Notes: generated by a model from the letters alone, not told the origin. 63,691 nucleotides of DNA, filler included, from Folioceros fuciformis (GCA_049999805.1; 7 parts of 7 records of this genome joined end to end with filler, not necessarily neighbours in it), one strand, 5' to 3'; shown: positions 1 through 11,694, numbered from the whole stretch's first letter. Translations and numbers: made by a program.

Positions 1-948
1 CCCTCCCCCAGTGCGTAACCAGAAAGGTATAAGGGGAAAAAGGCCCCGAGACCTTTTGCAGCCCCTGAAGTGTAGAAATGGCACACAGGATGGGAAACTT
101 TCTGAGATCTGTTGACATCTGTTTCGTCAGGCAGGCGAAGAGCGGAACTTTGCTAAATCGAGCTCCATCCTTTGCAATTCGTCTGTGAATTACCCCGTCC
201 TACTAGTTATCTAACTAATCAGTCTGTCGGATGGAAGTCCCGATGAACTAATTCACGGATAGCGCAAGCTGGAATGAATGCCTGAGGGCATGCTGGTTCC
301 ATCACATCTTGTGCTGGAACAACATCTGTAACACACCGATCGGCAAGGTTGATGCATCCGTCTACTAACAGACCGGATTGAAATAGGATTCAGGGTTGCA
401 CCTGCAGACAATGTGTGTGTATTTACAGTCAGAACTGTGCAGCCAGGCCTCCAACACGAATACAACTATGCATACTGTGCCCTCAAGTAGAGAGAATCAG
501 TCGAGGATCAGAGATGCTCGATGACTGAAAAGTACAGCATCCTCTGTTCTTATCCCTACGCAGGATCAACAGCATAGGTTGGCCCATCATTCTGGCATTC
601 GGAGCGTGCCACACCAGTCTCTTCCTTGCCAACTACCCGCACAGGTGTTACAAGAACACATGATGTGAGGAAGCCAATAATCTTTACATGAAGGGCCAGG
701 CCGGGCACAATTCCACAAGACTTCTGGTCCTGCATAACAAGGAAACTGGGTCACACACTCCTGCAGGGGCATCAATCAAGTCCAAATTCCAGTATCAACA
801 GAAGAGCAGCCTGGAGCCGTGACATACCCCTAGAGCAGGTTAATGTGAGGCTAGCTGGAGCAGACAAGCTACCGAAGCACAAGGTTCTAGAATGTCTTGG
901 TGCACTTCAACTCGCGCAGAGATTACAGGTACCGAACCACTTTGAGGC

Positions 949-1578
949 TCAAAGTACCCAAGCCAAATCTTCCAAGTCCAACCCGGCGTACTCACACAGC
1001 TCCACTTGCAGCTCCCGTGCATACGTTTTCATCTCCTGTATCGTGGCCTGCACTCCAGCCATGAGCCGCTCCCGCCGCCTCTCCCTCTCCGAATCCAACC
1101 ACTCGGCTAGCGTCATTCCCCGGGCGTCCACCACCTTTCCTGCTTTCCTCTCTTCCGCCTGAACTCCCTCTCCCTCAGGTGCCCTGGCCTCCGTTGCCTC
1201 CGGAACCCTGACTTCTTGAACCCTCGATCCCTGGCGCGAGGGTTGCACCTGCTCCGCACCCTCCCCTTCCACCGTCACCACCGCCACGATATCCGGCCCG
1301 ACCGAGACGACGTCTCCCGTCGTGAGACCGACCGGAACATTGACTTCCAGCATCACCCCGTTGTGAAAGGTCCCATTTGAGCTGCCCACGTCCTGCAACA
1401 CCCATTGCTCTCCCTTCCACTCGATCAGGGCATGTTTTTGGGACACTGTGGATTCCTTGATCTGGAAGACATTGGCCCTGGTCCGGCCAACAGTCACGCG
1501 CTTCTTCCTTCCGCTCCGGCAGACCAAGCCTGCCAGCTCCCCTTCCTCCACAGAGAGCGTCAGTTCCGGGTGCACCAT
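949..1578 (-). CDS. FHA (forkhead-associated) domain protein, single exon
   Basis: ATG-initiated 209-aa ORF with FHA hallmarks VTVGR, SQKHA and DVGSSNGTFHNG, followed by an acidic linker and a short C-terminal coiled coil (MTLAEWLD...IQEMK). Confidence 0.9.
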   Translation of the reverse strand: MVHPELTLSVEEGELAGLVCRSGRKKRVTVGRTRANVFQIKESTVSQKHALIEWKGEQWVLQDVGSSNGTFHNGVMLEVNVPVGLTTGDVVSVGPDIVAVVTVEGEGAEQVQPSRQGSRVQEVRVPEATEARAPEGEGVQAEERKAGKVVDARGMTLAEWLDSERERRRERLMAGVQATIQEMKTYARELQVELCEYAGLDLEDLAWVL

Positions 1579-2299
1579 TTGTTCCTACCCGGACTACATA
1601 CAGCACCGCAGGTCCAAGACTAGAGGCTCGTTTCCAAGACAACACTATCTCGGGTCCATCCAACCTTCCTCTCCAAGGCCTTCTCAAGTCTGAAAACCTA
1701 ACCACCAAGAGCAAGGTCCGGCCAGCATCCTCCAGAACCGAACATGATTCCACTCGCCATGCCCCTCAAGAGCACAACTTTGAGGTCGGGCACAACCGAG
1801 TGCAGGCAAAGCCGCATCCGCATGGCTCCGACAGACTGGACAACATCGTGAGGAAAGACACTGTGCGCGGACAGACAACGCAACAACACTCATCACCCGC
1901 AACTTCGCAGCACAGGCAACGCCATTGTCTTCACTTCGAGACGCTGGCGCAGTAGACCTCGATTCCCTTCCAAGTGTAATGCACCAAACCCGACCAACAA
2001 TGAGAAGCCAGTGAAAGAGCCGTTGGAAGCTCGGCCCGCGCGGGAGCTCGCCAGTTCAAAATCTAAACTTTGTCCTGTACGCTCCATGAATTTTCCTTTT
2101 TACTTTTAACAGAATTTCAAGTCCAATCGAAACGATGTTCAAACATTCAGAGATTCTTAAAACGTTCTCTTGCGTATCTTTGAAAAACACTCTTTCTTTT
2201 TTTCTACGGGAGTACCACATGATGCAAACATATTTTGTTATTTTATATCATATTTAATTTATTAAAAGGTCTTATAAAATATCCTTTTATAGACAAAAA

Positions 2300-2900
2300 A
2301 AGATTATAACATGCATACCCTGCATTGTCCAATGGTGCAGTAGGAATCTAGACACATGTGGAAGAACTTTGAGATTAAACATCTTGTGCTCACATTGATT
2401 CTTAGATGGAATACTAAAGGAAAGAATGGCCTTTGGAATTCCTTTCTAATGTGATTGTTCATAGAAATGCCCTCCCTCTTCAACTTTCCATGACTCAAAC
2501 TCAAAAGATAACAATACACCAAGATGAATTGTCTTAGTGAGTTGTCTTCTCTTTTAGAGATCATTCTCAATGAGTCCACTTGTCTATTAGAAATCCATTC
2601 CTTCATGACTGGAGATGCGTATACTTGTCTAGAAGCATACACTATTTATGAGCCCACAACCCAAGTGGAACCTATTTCATAACTCCTTGCTATATGGAGT
2701 AGGTGAGCTAAACCAACTGCCTAACTCCTTCCCATATGGCTTGTGTGAGCTAAGGAAGACAGCTCCTTTACGAAGTCCAACCCATTAACTCCAATTCCCA
2801 CATGGCTTACTGGAGGTTGATCAGACCATCTACTTCGCAGTCCATTTGGGTTACATGTTTCTCCATCATACTCCATTTGGGCTCTTGCTGTTGGTACGTG
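2300..2900 (-). mobile_element. Possible highly degraded L1 LINE 3' remnant
   Basis: Minus strand gives broken 'IPSK.NV...L.....CRVC', weakly resembling the zf-RVT region, next to an AT-rich tract. Confidence 0.3.
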
Positions 2901-3129
2901 GTAGTTTTCTTCACGTTATCAGTCTTGAATCATGTGTGTGTACACGCTATGTACATTGCCCCATGTGATGGGCGTCACTTTGAAGTCATTTTGTGGACGG
3001 TGATTTCCCGTCGATGCAAGGGACTGTTCTCCTTTTCCTGAGGCCTAATCGTTTGCGTAATGGGAGACACCAAGTTTGATAGTCTGTTACACCAGTGGCA
3101 TGACGTGATGTTACATTCGGCATCCCTTG

Positions 3130-4942
3130 TCAAAGGTAGACGCTCTGGTGGACGTCTGGTTCAAAACATGCCTTACCAAGGAAATCGATCCTGCAACACA
3201 CAATCAACGTGAGTACAGATCTGCTGAGTTCGAATTCAGTTTTTTCCAACAGGCCTGAGTATGAGTCAGGATCTGACCTTTCCCGAAGCGAGTTCAGCTC
3301 TTCATAATGCAGTTTCAAATCATCACCACAGGTGAAACCATCAGGGATGGCCTCAAGAATAAATCTCAGGTCAGCCTCTAGTCCCGCCAGGCTTTTCTTG
3401 ATCAATAGTATGCGCACCGGGTCCTCCTTGTCCCCCGTGACGATTGTGTCATAAGCCATAGCGTACCCAGCACCGACGTCCCATCTTCTTCCAAAACACA
3501 TCTTAAGTAAGCGAAATACCCTGCTGCACACAATCAAGTGAGTTCAGCTATGCTCAGTCTGAATGAAGCCCTTCCTAACAAAATAGAGCAAGGTTCAGAA
3601 TGTGACCTGCGCCGATGCTTCAGAAGCTCTACTTCCTCTAGTTTCCAATCACCACCACTGGTGACATTACGAGCGATGGCCTCGAGAAGAAATCTCAGGT
3701 CAGATGCCAACATCATAATTTCTTGCTTGATTTGATGTATCAAATAATCGTAGTCCTGGTTGCTGATGATGCTGTCAGCTCCCTCATCCCCAGCATGGCC
3801 ATCCGTGGCATCAAGGCCTTCACCTTTTGCACCTGTTTGGGTAGCACCATCCACACGTCCCTCTGCAAAGGAGGTATTGTCACCAGTGCTGCTTGGGGCC
3901 GCTGGGTAGTGCTCCAGATTCTGGGAAACGTCATCCTCCAAGTACAAGACAGTCTCTTCCCCACTCTCAGATCTTGCCTCGGCCACTTCCGTAGGCTCTC
4001 TGTCACCCACCAATTCAGAATCAGCATGCTCTCTCCCATCCAGTGGCTCTGTGGGTGGCACCACTCGGACGCCATTGGTGCTGCCAACCACCACAGTGCC
4101 CATGTCTAGTTGCGCACAAGAGAGTGCTGCAATTAACTGGCTCTCCTTCCTCGAGATAGCCTTCCAAGCCAAAAGAGGGTTCAAATCCACTGCACAAATC
4201 CTCATCTTCAATGAAACCCCCGACCACGAAAGCAAACTTAGACAACACTTTGGCGGTCACCTCATTCAACTTCGAAGAAAGCTCCTCCAACACAGATGCC
4301 CGTTTCTTGGACACATCCAACGCTTGCATCACTTTCTGCTTCTCCTGCAGCAAACGTACTGCACTCTCTTCTCTACCGGCTTTCACATCCAGTGCAGCCC
4401 GAAGTCTGAGCTGCTCTGCTGCTTCTGACAAACGAACGAACCGGGCCCTTGCACTGTTGGCTGCAGGTACACACGCCTCCTTGCGTCAGAGGAAACCCAA
4501 ATTCCCCTGTTGCAAAGGAATGTCAGGGTGTCTATCCAATTAACAGAGCCTCGTCCGTGTGCCCACGAGGCATTTCAGGCTAAGGAGAGGTACCTCGGTA
4601 TTGAACTCCTTCTGCCTCTTGTTGCAGTGCTTCAAGCTCCTTCTGAAGTTCATCTACGCTGGGTGCACTGGAAGGCTGGCCAGAGACTGTGGCACTGTTT
4701 GCATAATCTACGAACACTCTCCTGAATGGCCGTTCCTTCCTGCTTGCAACTCTCCTCATACGAAGACCCTCCTGACCTCTGCGAATTCCGAGTTTCAGCA
4801 TGCCACACACATGCAAGGGATACAGCCGACGGCACTGGCTGCCAAAGCAGATGGAGTCTTCACTGTTGACAGGAATCACACAGAGGCCGGTTGTGATTCC
4901 TCCTCTTCCCGTGATATTATAATTCTTCTGGAAGCACGCCAT
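3130..4942 (-). CDS. Multi-exon coiled-coil protein with a PspA/Vipp1-like hairpin motif, probably plastid-targeted
   Basis: GT-AG splicing joins ...ELEALQQEAEGVQYR | ANSARARFVRLSEAAEQLRLRAALDVKAGREESAVRLLQEKQKVMQALDVSKKRASVLEELSSKLNE | AISRKESQLIAAL... Further introns at 3521/3524-3606 and 3191-3277 keep the frame to TGA at 3130. The N-terminus is Arg/Ser-rich. Start codon uncertain (ATG 4942 or ~4801). Confidence 0.75.
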
Positions 4943-5753
4943 TTGCAGGCTCCTCTTGCCCACTCCCTTCCACCTCGACACGATCAACAATTGCTCAACT
5001 TCGTTGCATTCCAACAATTGCTCTACACCTCCTCCGGTAGACGAGCAAACGGCATAGCTTATTAGGGTGCACTCATCACCAACAAGAATTCTGGTATACG
5101 GAGCTCCACATACCGCGAGCCCTAGGGAGAGACAGCATTGACCCATCAAGGCTCTTTGTGAGTTGTCAACTACAAGCCTGCAATTGCATGTAGTGCACTG
5201 CAGCTCTAAAGGTATCATGTCGGGGGGCTTGTCAAGCGGGAATGAGGAGAACTGGTCTTGCGGGCGGAAACTTGGTTGTGTCACACCTGAAAGACAGGAA
5301 GTACAGTGCCTACAGGTCCACGAAAGCATGGTCCAGACGGCTGACAGGTCCGCAGACCTCAGGAGCGAGACAAAGATGTGGGTGAGTGTTTCTTTTGGTC
5401 ACCCTTGCTTAGCGGATGATGCGTGTGAGGATTTGACGAGTCCATGTTTCCAGCTGGCTTGCAGATGAACCGCAGACATTGTGGGAAAACTTTGTTGGGC
5501 ATCCCTCCAAGTGGGAGAAGGTACATCTGTGCTACCATTGCCTGTTTGTAAGCTTACGGCCTGGTGATTTGTTTTTTCGAGCTTTTCGAATCATTGGACT
5601 GGATGGACAGGCAAGCTCCGAGTATGTGGGTAGTAAAGCAAAGGTGCGAGAGGCACAGGCTGTTGGTTTATACAGTGCTAGTGGTGCTGTTCAAGATGGT
5701 GTCAGGTCAGGCAGCCGTAAATGCCAAGCCTGTGAATTCACATCCCGTCACTC

Positions 5754-8534
5754 TTGAATCACAGCTCTGAAGTTGTGTTTTCTGGATCCTACAGGGTGTC
5801 ACATTTCGACCATTATGGTAAGTGTCAAGAATGGACACAGTTTGGCAGGGACAGAGAGCTTGGCCAGGCTTTCCAGGCTGTGGAACACATGTTCCGACAG
5901 GGAGAGTTTGTCACTCGGGCTGTGTTGTACAGGATATTGAGGGGCTGCATTTTGAAAGGGGACCTCGTGGTTGGCAGGCAAGTTCACTCTCTCTCTGTAA
6001 GATGTGGATATGCGTCCAACAACTTTCTGGGAAATCACCTCATACGCATGTATGCCTCTCAAGGGGAGCTTCTCGAAGCAAAGGAAGTGTTCCGGAAATT
6101 GCCTGCACCCGATGTGTTTGTATGGACTGCCATCATCTCAGGGTACGCTGAATATGGGCAACCTGAACAAGCTATCAAGTTCTACCAGGAGATGAGACAA
6201 TCAACAACACAACCAAATGAGTATCTTTACGTGGCTGTTGTTAAAGCTTGTATCGGTGCAGATGACATTACAGCAGGCAAGCTGGTGCATGCTGATGTCG
6301 TGGACAGTGGGCTGGAGTCGAATGTATTCGTCGGAAGTACACTCGTGGACATGTACTCAAAACTTGGGATCCTGAAAGATGCCCGTGCTGTGTTTGACAG
6401 GATGTCGGCCAGAAACATAGTTACCTGGAATACCATGATTGGCGCCTATGCTCAGAATGGCCTGGGCCCGGAAGCCTTGGAACTTAACATGATGCTGTCA
6501 CAGGATGGCATAACCCCAGACAGTCTTTCGTACGTGAACGTCCTTAAAGCATGTGGGAGCATCGGTGACCTTTACAGTGGCAAGCAGATACATGCCCAGT
6601 TTCTGGCACAGGGACTCCACACAGATGCTTTTCTAGGAAGCAGCTTGGTGGACATGTATGCAAAGTGCGGTAGCCTGGAGGATTCACGTGTAGTGTTTGA
6701 CAATCTACCGGCAAAGAACGTTGCTGCCTGGACCGCCATGATCGTGGGATATGCCCAGAACGGACTCAATGAAGAAGCTATTCAACTCTATGGGACTATG
6801 CAGCAGTACAGCATCTCACCAGACGCTGGAACCTACGTGAGCATTTTAAAAGTATGTGGTTGCATGGGTGAGGTAGAGGTGGGCAAGCAGATTCATGCCA
6901 GAATTCTGGAAGGTGGTTTGGAGGATGTAGTCGTTGGAAGTGCCTTGGTGGACATGTATTCCAGATGTGGGAAATTAGATGAGGCTCGCCGAGTGCTTGA
7001 TGGATCACCAGCCAGAGATGTGACAACATGGAATTCGATGCTCGTGGGATACTGCCAGCACGGGTTCGATTCATTTGCCCTTGATCTTTATTCAAGAATG
7101 TGTGGATGGGACATAAGAGCAAACAGTGTGACGTTTGTTAACATTCTAAAAGCCTGTGGCAGGAGGAAAGATCTGCAATTGTGCAAGCAGATTCACACGC
7201 AAATCTTGAAGAGTGGCTATGATGCAGATGTATTTGTAGGGAGCACGTTGGTGGACACTTATGTTATATGTGGGAGCGTGGATAACGCCCGCCAGGTCTT
7301 CGACAGCTTGTCCATCAAGAATGTGATTACATGGACTGCTATGGTTGAAGGGTATGCCCAGCGGGGACAGGGACGGGAGGCCCTCAATTTGTTTGCAAGT
7401 ATGCAGCAGCATGGGATGACACCAGACCATCTCACTTTTGTTAGTGTTTTAAAAGCATGTGCAAGTGTGGGAGCCGTACAAACTGGCAAGCAAGTTCATG
7501 CTAAGATTCTGGAGGAAGGAATGGAATCCAATGCCTTTGTTGCCAGCACACTGGTCGATATGTACGCAAAATGTGGGAACCTCGTCGAAGCTGAGAGGCT
7601 GTTTGACAGATTTCCAACCAAAGACGTTGTGACATGGACCTCGCTTATCAATGCTTATGGCCAACATAATGACTGGGAAAGCGCAATCCAATGTTTCAAG
7701 CAGATGAAACAGTATGGAGTAGAACCAGATGCTGCCACATTTACTTGTCTCCTTGTTGCCTGCAGTCATGTTGGTCGATTAGATGAAGGTCAGCAGTATT
7801 TCAGAATGATGGAAGATGAAGGTTTTCCACCAGGAATAGAACACTACACCTCCATGGTCGATCTTCTTGGTCGGTCAGGGCAGCTGGATGAGGCACAGAG
7901 TCTCTTGAATAGCATGCCCTTTCAACCGTCAGGTGCAATTTGGATGTCTCTGCTCAGCGCCTGCAAATCTTACTGTGACTTGGAACGAGGAAGGATATGC
8001 TTCAATCAGCTCCTGGAGCTAGAACCCCAACACTCCGCTGTCTATGTGCTGATGTCTAGTATCTATGCCAATGCTGGACGCTGGGAGGATGTCAACACCA
8101 TAGAGCAACTGAGAATACGTGCGCGTGCCTTCAAGAAACCTGCAGCAGCCACTATAGAAATAGAGAACAGGGTGCATGAGTTTATCGTGGGTGACCAGAC
8201 AAATGACATATCTTGCAAGATACGGAGTCTCAACGGCCAGATGAAGGAAGAGGGCCATGTTCCGAATACGGCCCAAGTCTTAAAGCCCCTGTCGGAGGAG
8301 GAGAAAGAGGATGCTTTATGTGGGCATGCTGAGAAGCTGGCCTTGGCTTTTGGCCTGCTGAATACAGCTCCGGGCTCTACTCTTCTCGTCACCAAAAATC
8401 TTCGAATGTGTGATGACTGTCATAGTGGCACAAAGGTCGTCTCCAGGATCGAAGGCCGGGAGATCATAGTCCGAGATGCACACCGTGTTCATCACTTCAA
8501 GGATGGATATTGTTCATGTGGTGATCATCGCTAA
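5754..8534 (+). CDS. PLS-class pentatricopeptide repeat protein with E1-E2-DYW:KP domain (candidate U-to-C organellar RNA editing factor)
   Basis: About 20 P/L/S motifs ending in P2-L2-S2, then E1 and E2, then KKPAAATIEIE, LCGHAEKLA, KNLRMCDDCH and HHFKDGYCSCGDHR*. The ORF begins at a non-ATG codon. A likely 5' exon 5465-5520 (MNRRHCGKTLLGIPPSGR) splices in frame to acceptors at 5765 or 5794. Confidence 0.96.
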   Translation: MNHSSEVVFSGSYRVSHFDHYGKCQEWTQFGRDRELGQAFQAVEHMFRQGEFVTRAVLYRILRGCILKGDLVVGRQVHSLSVRCGYASNNFLGNHLIRMYASQGELLEAKEVFRKLPAPDVFVWTAIISGYAEYGQPEQAIKFYQEMRQSTTQPNEYLYVAVVKACIGADDITAGKLVHADVVDSGLESNVFVGSTLVDMYSKLGILKDARAVFDRMSARNIVTWNTMIGAYAQNGLGPEALELNMMLSQDGITPDSLSYVNVLKACGSIGDLYSGKQIHAQFLAQGLHTDAFLGSSLVDMYAKCGSLEDSRVVFDNLPAKNVAAWTAMIVGYAQNGLNEEAIQLYGTMQQYSISPDAGTYVSILKVCGCMGEVEVGKQIHARILEGGLEDVVVGSALVDMYSRCGKLDEARRVLDGSPARDVTTWNSMLVGYCQHGFDSFALDLYSRMCGWDIRANSVTFVNILKACGRRKDLQLCKQIHTQILKSGYDADVFVGSTLVDTYVICGSVDNARQVFDSLSIKNVITWTAMVEGYAQRGQGREALNLFASMQQHGMTPDHLTFVSVLKACASVGAVQTGKQVHAKILEEGMESNAFVASTLVDMYAKCGNLVEAERLFDRFPTKDVVTWTSLINAYGQHNDWESAIQCFKQMKQYGVEPDAATFTCLLVACSHVGRLDEGQQYFRMMEDEGFPPGIEHYTSMVDLLGRSGQLDEAQSLLNSMPFQPSGAIWMSLLSACKSYCDLERGRICFNQLLELEPQHSAVYVLMSSIYANAGRWEDVNTIEQLRIRARAFKKPAAATIEIENRVHEFIVGDQTNDISCKIRSLNGQMKEEGHVPNTAQVLKPLSEEEKEDALCGHAEKLALAFGLLNTAPGSTLLVTKNLRMCDDCHSGTKVVSRIEGREIIVRDAHRVHHFKDGYCSCGDHR

Positions 8535-9543
8535 AACTTGGACGATGCCTTGGGAAGCAGGGCATTGTTTTGGTAAACGACACCCACATCAGCATTCTGG
8601 GTGCCGGTTAGCCTCAGTAAGCTGCGGTAACCATGTCCACGTCTCTCACCTGACTTTTGCATGTTTGGCAGAACTCCGATGGCAGCAAAGTTGTACTGTC
8701 GGAGGCACTCTTGAAATGCACTTCGCTGCACCAGATCAATGTAAGATGGTGTGCAAGGGAGGAGTCACCACACTCGTGGAGTTCCAGCAACTGTACAGGT
8801 TTTCGTAGATTCCTAAGAGAGGATGGAGAACACGCACACAGAGTTTCGGCTTGTAGTCTGTCACAACCCAGGTGCGTTCAAGTTTCATCACGAGAGTAGT
8901 ATCCACCCCACAACATTTGGATTGGAGAGGGGGGACCAGCTTACTGATGCCTGGTTGGGCACGCTGAACTCCTGCCCTGCTCTCCTGGCGAAGCCCGAAA
9001 TATTCGTTACTATTATTGAGGATGTAGACGAGCAAGATAGGGTACTGCCCAGGTCGGGCAAACCCTGCCATTTGGCACATGGGTGGACTCGGGGGCCCTC
9101 CTCAGGCCTTTCTCCTTGGAGGGAATGGAGATCCAAACGTCTGGGGAAACGTCCACCTTTTTCACATCAGAACTCTGAGAACATGAATCGGACCTTGTCA
9201 ATAATACACAAATCCTTCGAAGATGAGCCTTTGTCCGAGGCCGAGACCTGGTCTTCACACTCTCCGGTGTGTGGTCTTGGAGTTCTGCTGCAAACTAACC
9301 TACCCTCGACCATAATGTACAACTCTGAGATGTGGTAGGAAGCACCTCCTCCATCTGCTATCTCATGGCTCCGCATCCAAAACTTGCGAACAGCACAAGG
9401 ACAAGTCTTGACTACACACCGCCCAAGTGATTTTGTACAACTACCAGCCCTAACAAAAATTGTTGAAACGAAACAACGACAATGTACAACCTCCACCCCT
9501 GGTCTCCGGCTTAAGGCATAGAACCGAGGTCCGGCTCAACCCT

Positions 9544-10218
9544 TCAGCGAGGAGCTCTCCGCGAGCTGCGGGTGCAACTCCTGCGTGCAACCCTATTTGC
9601 CCTACTCTTCCCACAGCTCCGCAAGAATTCTTGTCTATCGATCTCCTGTACCGAACTGTCGCCGCTCATTGACTTCCCCCGATCAACGATGCTATCTTCG
9701 ACCTTCCCAGGCGAGGATTTCTCTCTCTCGGGATAGAGAACGACAGGCTCGACGCTGAACCTGGAAGGCGACTCACCACTTTCGCGCTCGCAACGATCAA
9801 AGAACCTTGTCATAGCCAGGTACTTAGTCCTGGGTACCAAAGAATCCCAACCCCCGATACTCGCGCTCAGGTAATCTTCGCCTGCATACGTCGCAAACCG
9901 AGCGACAGCAGCGGAACATGCATCCTCATAGCTTGTGTGAGCGCTCACGAGGCATTTCTCTGCCTCTTCCTCCTCATCCTCAGCTCGTGAATCCCGCCAC
10001 ACTGTTTCAGTCACCACGTACATCTGCATACCAGTCCGGCGATCGTGAGAGGAAGCAGGTTGGACCATCCTTCTTCCCCTTCCAATGAGGAAACCAAGGA
10101 TGTCAGCAGGTGTACAGAGATCCACGCACAATTCAGACCGTTGGACGCGCCTCAACCTGGCTCCAGCTCTGATGCGGACCGGTTCAGGTTCCGTGCTGGG
10201 GACATAGACACATCCCAT
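9544..10218 (-). CDS. Hypothetical protein (224 aa)
   Basis: ATG-initiated ORF with protein-like composition in its central part (MYVVTETVWRD...CLVSAHTSYEDACSAAVARF). No family recognised. Confidence 0.4.
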   Translation of the reverse strand: MGCVYVPSTEPEPVRIRAGARLRRVQRSELCVDLCTPADILGFLIGRGRRMVQPASSHDRRTGMQMYVVTETVWRDSRAEDEEEEAEKCLVSAHTSYEDACSAAVARFATYAGEDYLSASIGGWDSLVPRTKYLAMTRFFDRCERESGESPSRFSVEPVVLYPEREKSSPGKVEDSIVDRGKSMSGDSSVQEIDRQEFLRSCGKSRANRVARRSCTRSSRRAPR

Positions 10219-10916
10219 TTAAACGAACTTCACCGCCCTGTTCGCCAGCTGCCTGCCACATCTATGTAAGCCATACACAGCAGCCTCGAATTCTCACCTA
10301 ATCAACTTAGCTCGTAGAAAGTAACACTAATATCTTCATCCGATTAGCATTCTCATCATAGAACAAAGTCATGAAGAACCATCTTACAACAAACAGAAGA
10401 TCTTGAGAAGGAAGCATAGAAATCTTCACACACAAGTTGAGATAGCTTTCTTATCTTAAAGGATACTCAATGAACAAGTTGAACAAAGATTGTTCAAAAT
10501 GATTTCCTTCACCTCATCCTGAGCTTTTGGATACTAGAACAAGGCAAAATCCATCACAAATATATGGACTCTCAATTGCTGGGCTTGCATGCAGGTCTGC
10601 AATGTTTTCTGGTCTGTAATGTTACCAGCTAGACTACGAGACCATATGGTTGGTTTATGTGGCATAGAACTATTTTTATGAAAAAAATTAAAGCCGAACT
10701 TTATTTACAGCATCGATGTGTAGATGCAATGGCTCCGAGTTCCATACGAGACCTAGTTTGTACAGGATGCTGGGCAGTTGAAGACACTGGGGAACTAACT
10801 GGAATGGAAGGAGCCCAGCCGATGTGGTATGAGTAGTGCCAAACAATCGTTGCTGGGTGTTGGTTGGGATTTTGTGGGCATTAGGGTGACGTAATTGACA
10901 AAGAACTCCAGGCCGG

Positions 10917-11694
10917 ATGGCGGGTGTGGCGTCTGAGGAGATATCCTCGGTGTCGGAGGCTGGTATTGATGCTTGGAGAGATTGTGCGTTGGATGTGCTG
11001 TCCACAGTGAGTGACTGACCATCTGTTCAATGCACAGCTTCGTCCTTGGAGGAATTGGAGGCCGATGGGCAGGAGCAGGAGGAACCGGAGCCTGAGTTTT
11101 ATGATCCGGGTTTGGATGACAAGGATGAAGCCTGGGTGGCGGGGAGGAGGCAGGGCAGGAAGTCAGATGCTGTGCTGAGCTGCCCTTGCTGTTTCACCAC
11201 CTTGTGCATCGACTGTCAAAGGTGGGTGAGGCGTCCGTGAGGCTCTGCATGCTGAGAGTTCAGGGTTTGTGTGTTGTCATGCATGCAAGGAGGAGGGTTT
11301 TCAGCTACGTAGTTGCGTTTTGAATGGAGCTGGTGTGAGTTTGTGGGATTATGTGGATCTGTCGCAGGAGCGCGTTGATTTGGAAGTGATGGAGTTTTTT
11401 TTTTTGTGCTGCAGGCATGAGCTGTATGTGAACCGGTATCGGGCTATGTTCGTGGTGAACTGCAGGGTTGTGCAGAATGAGGTGGTTCGGAGTATTCCAA
11501 GCACAAGACGGCAAAAGAAGCGCCCCAGGAGAGGGAGACGTGATGTAGAAGAGGCTAGAGAAAGCAGCAGCGTGGAAGGGGAGGGTGGTGAGGTGTACAA
11601 GCCAGTACGCTGTGCTGAGTGTGATGCAGAAGTGGGTGTACTGGACGGTGATGAGGTTTATCATTTCGTCGATACCTTGCCAAGTTACTCCTAG
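10917..11694 (+). CDS. EAPP: E2F-associated phosphoprotein (EAPP-like), 3 exons
   Basis: FYDPGLDDKDEAWV...SDAVLSCPCCFTTLCIDCQR | HELYVNRYRAMFVVNC...YKPVRCAECDAEVGVLDGDEVYHF matches the Eapp_C domain. Introns at about 10962-11037 and 11222-11414. Confidence 0.9.
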
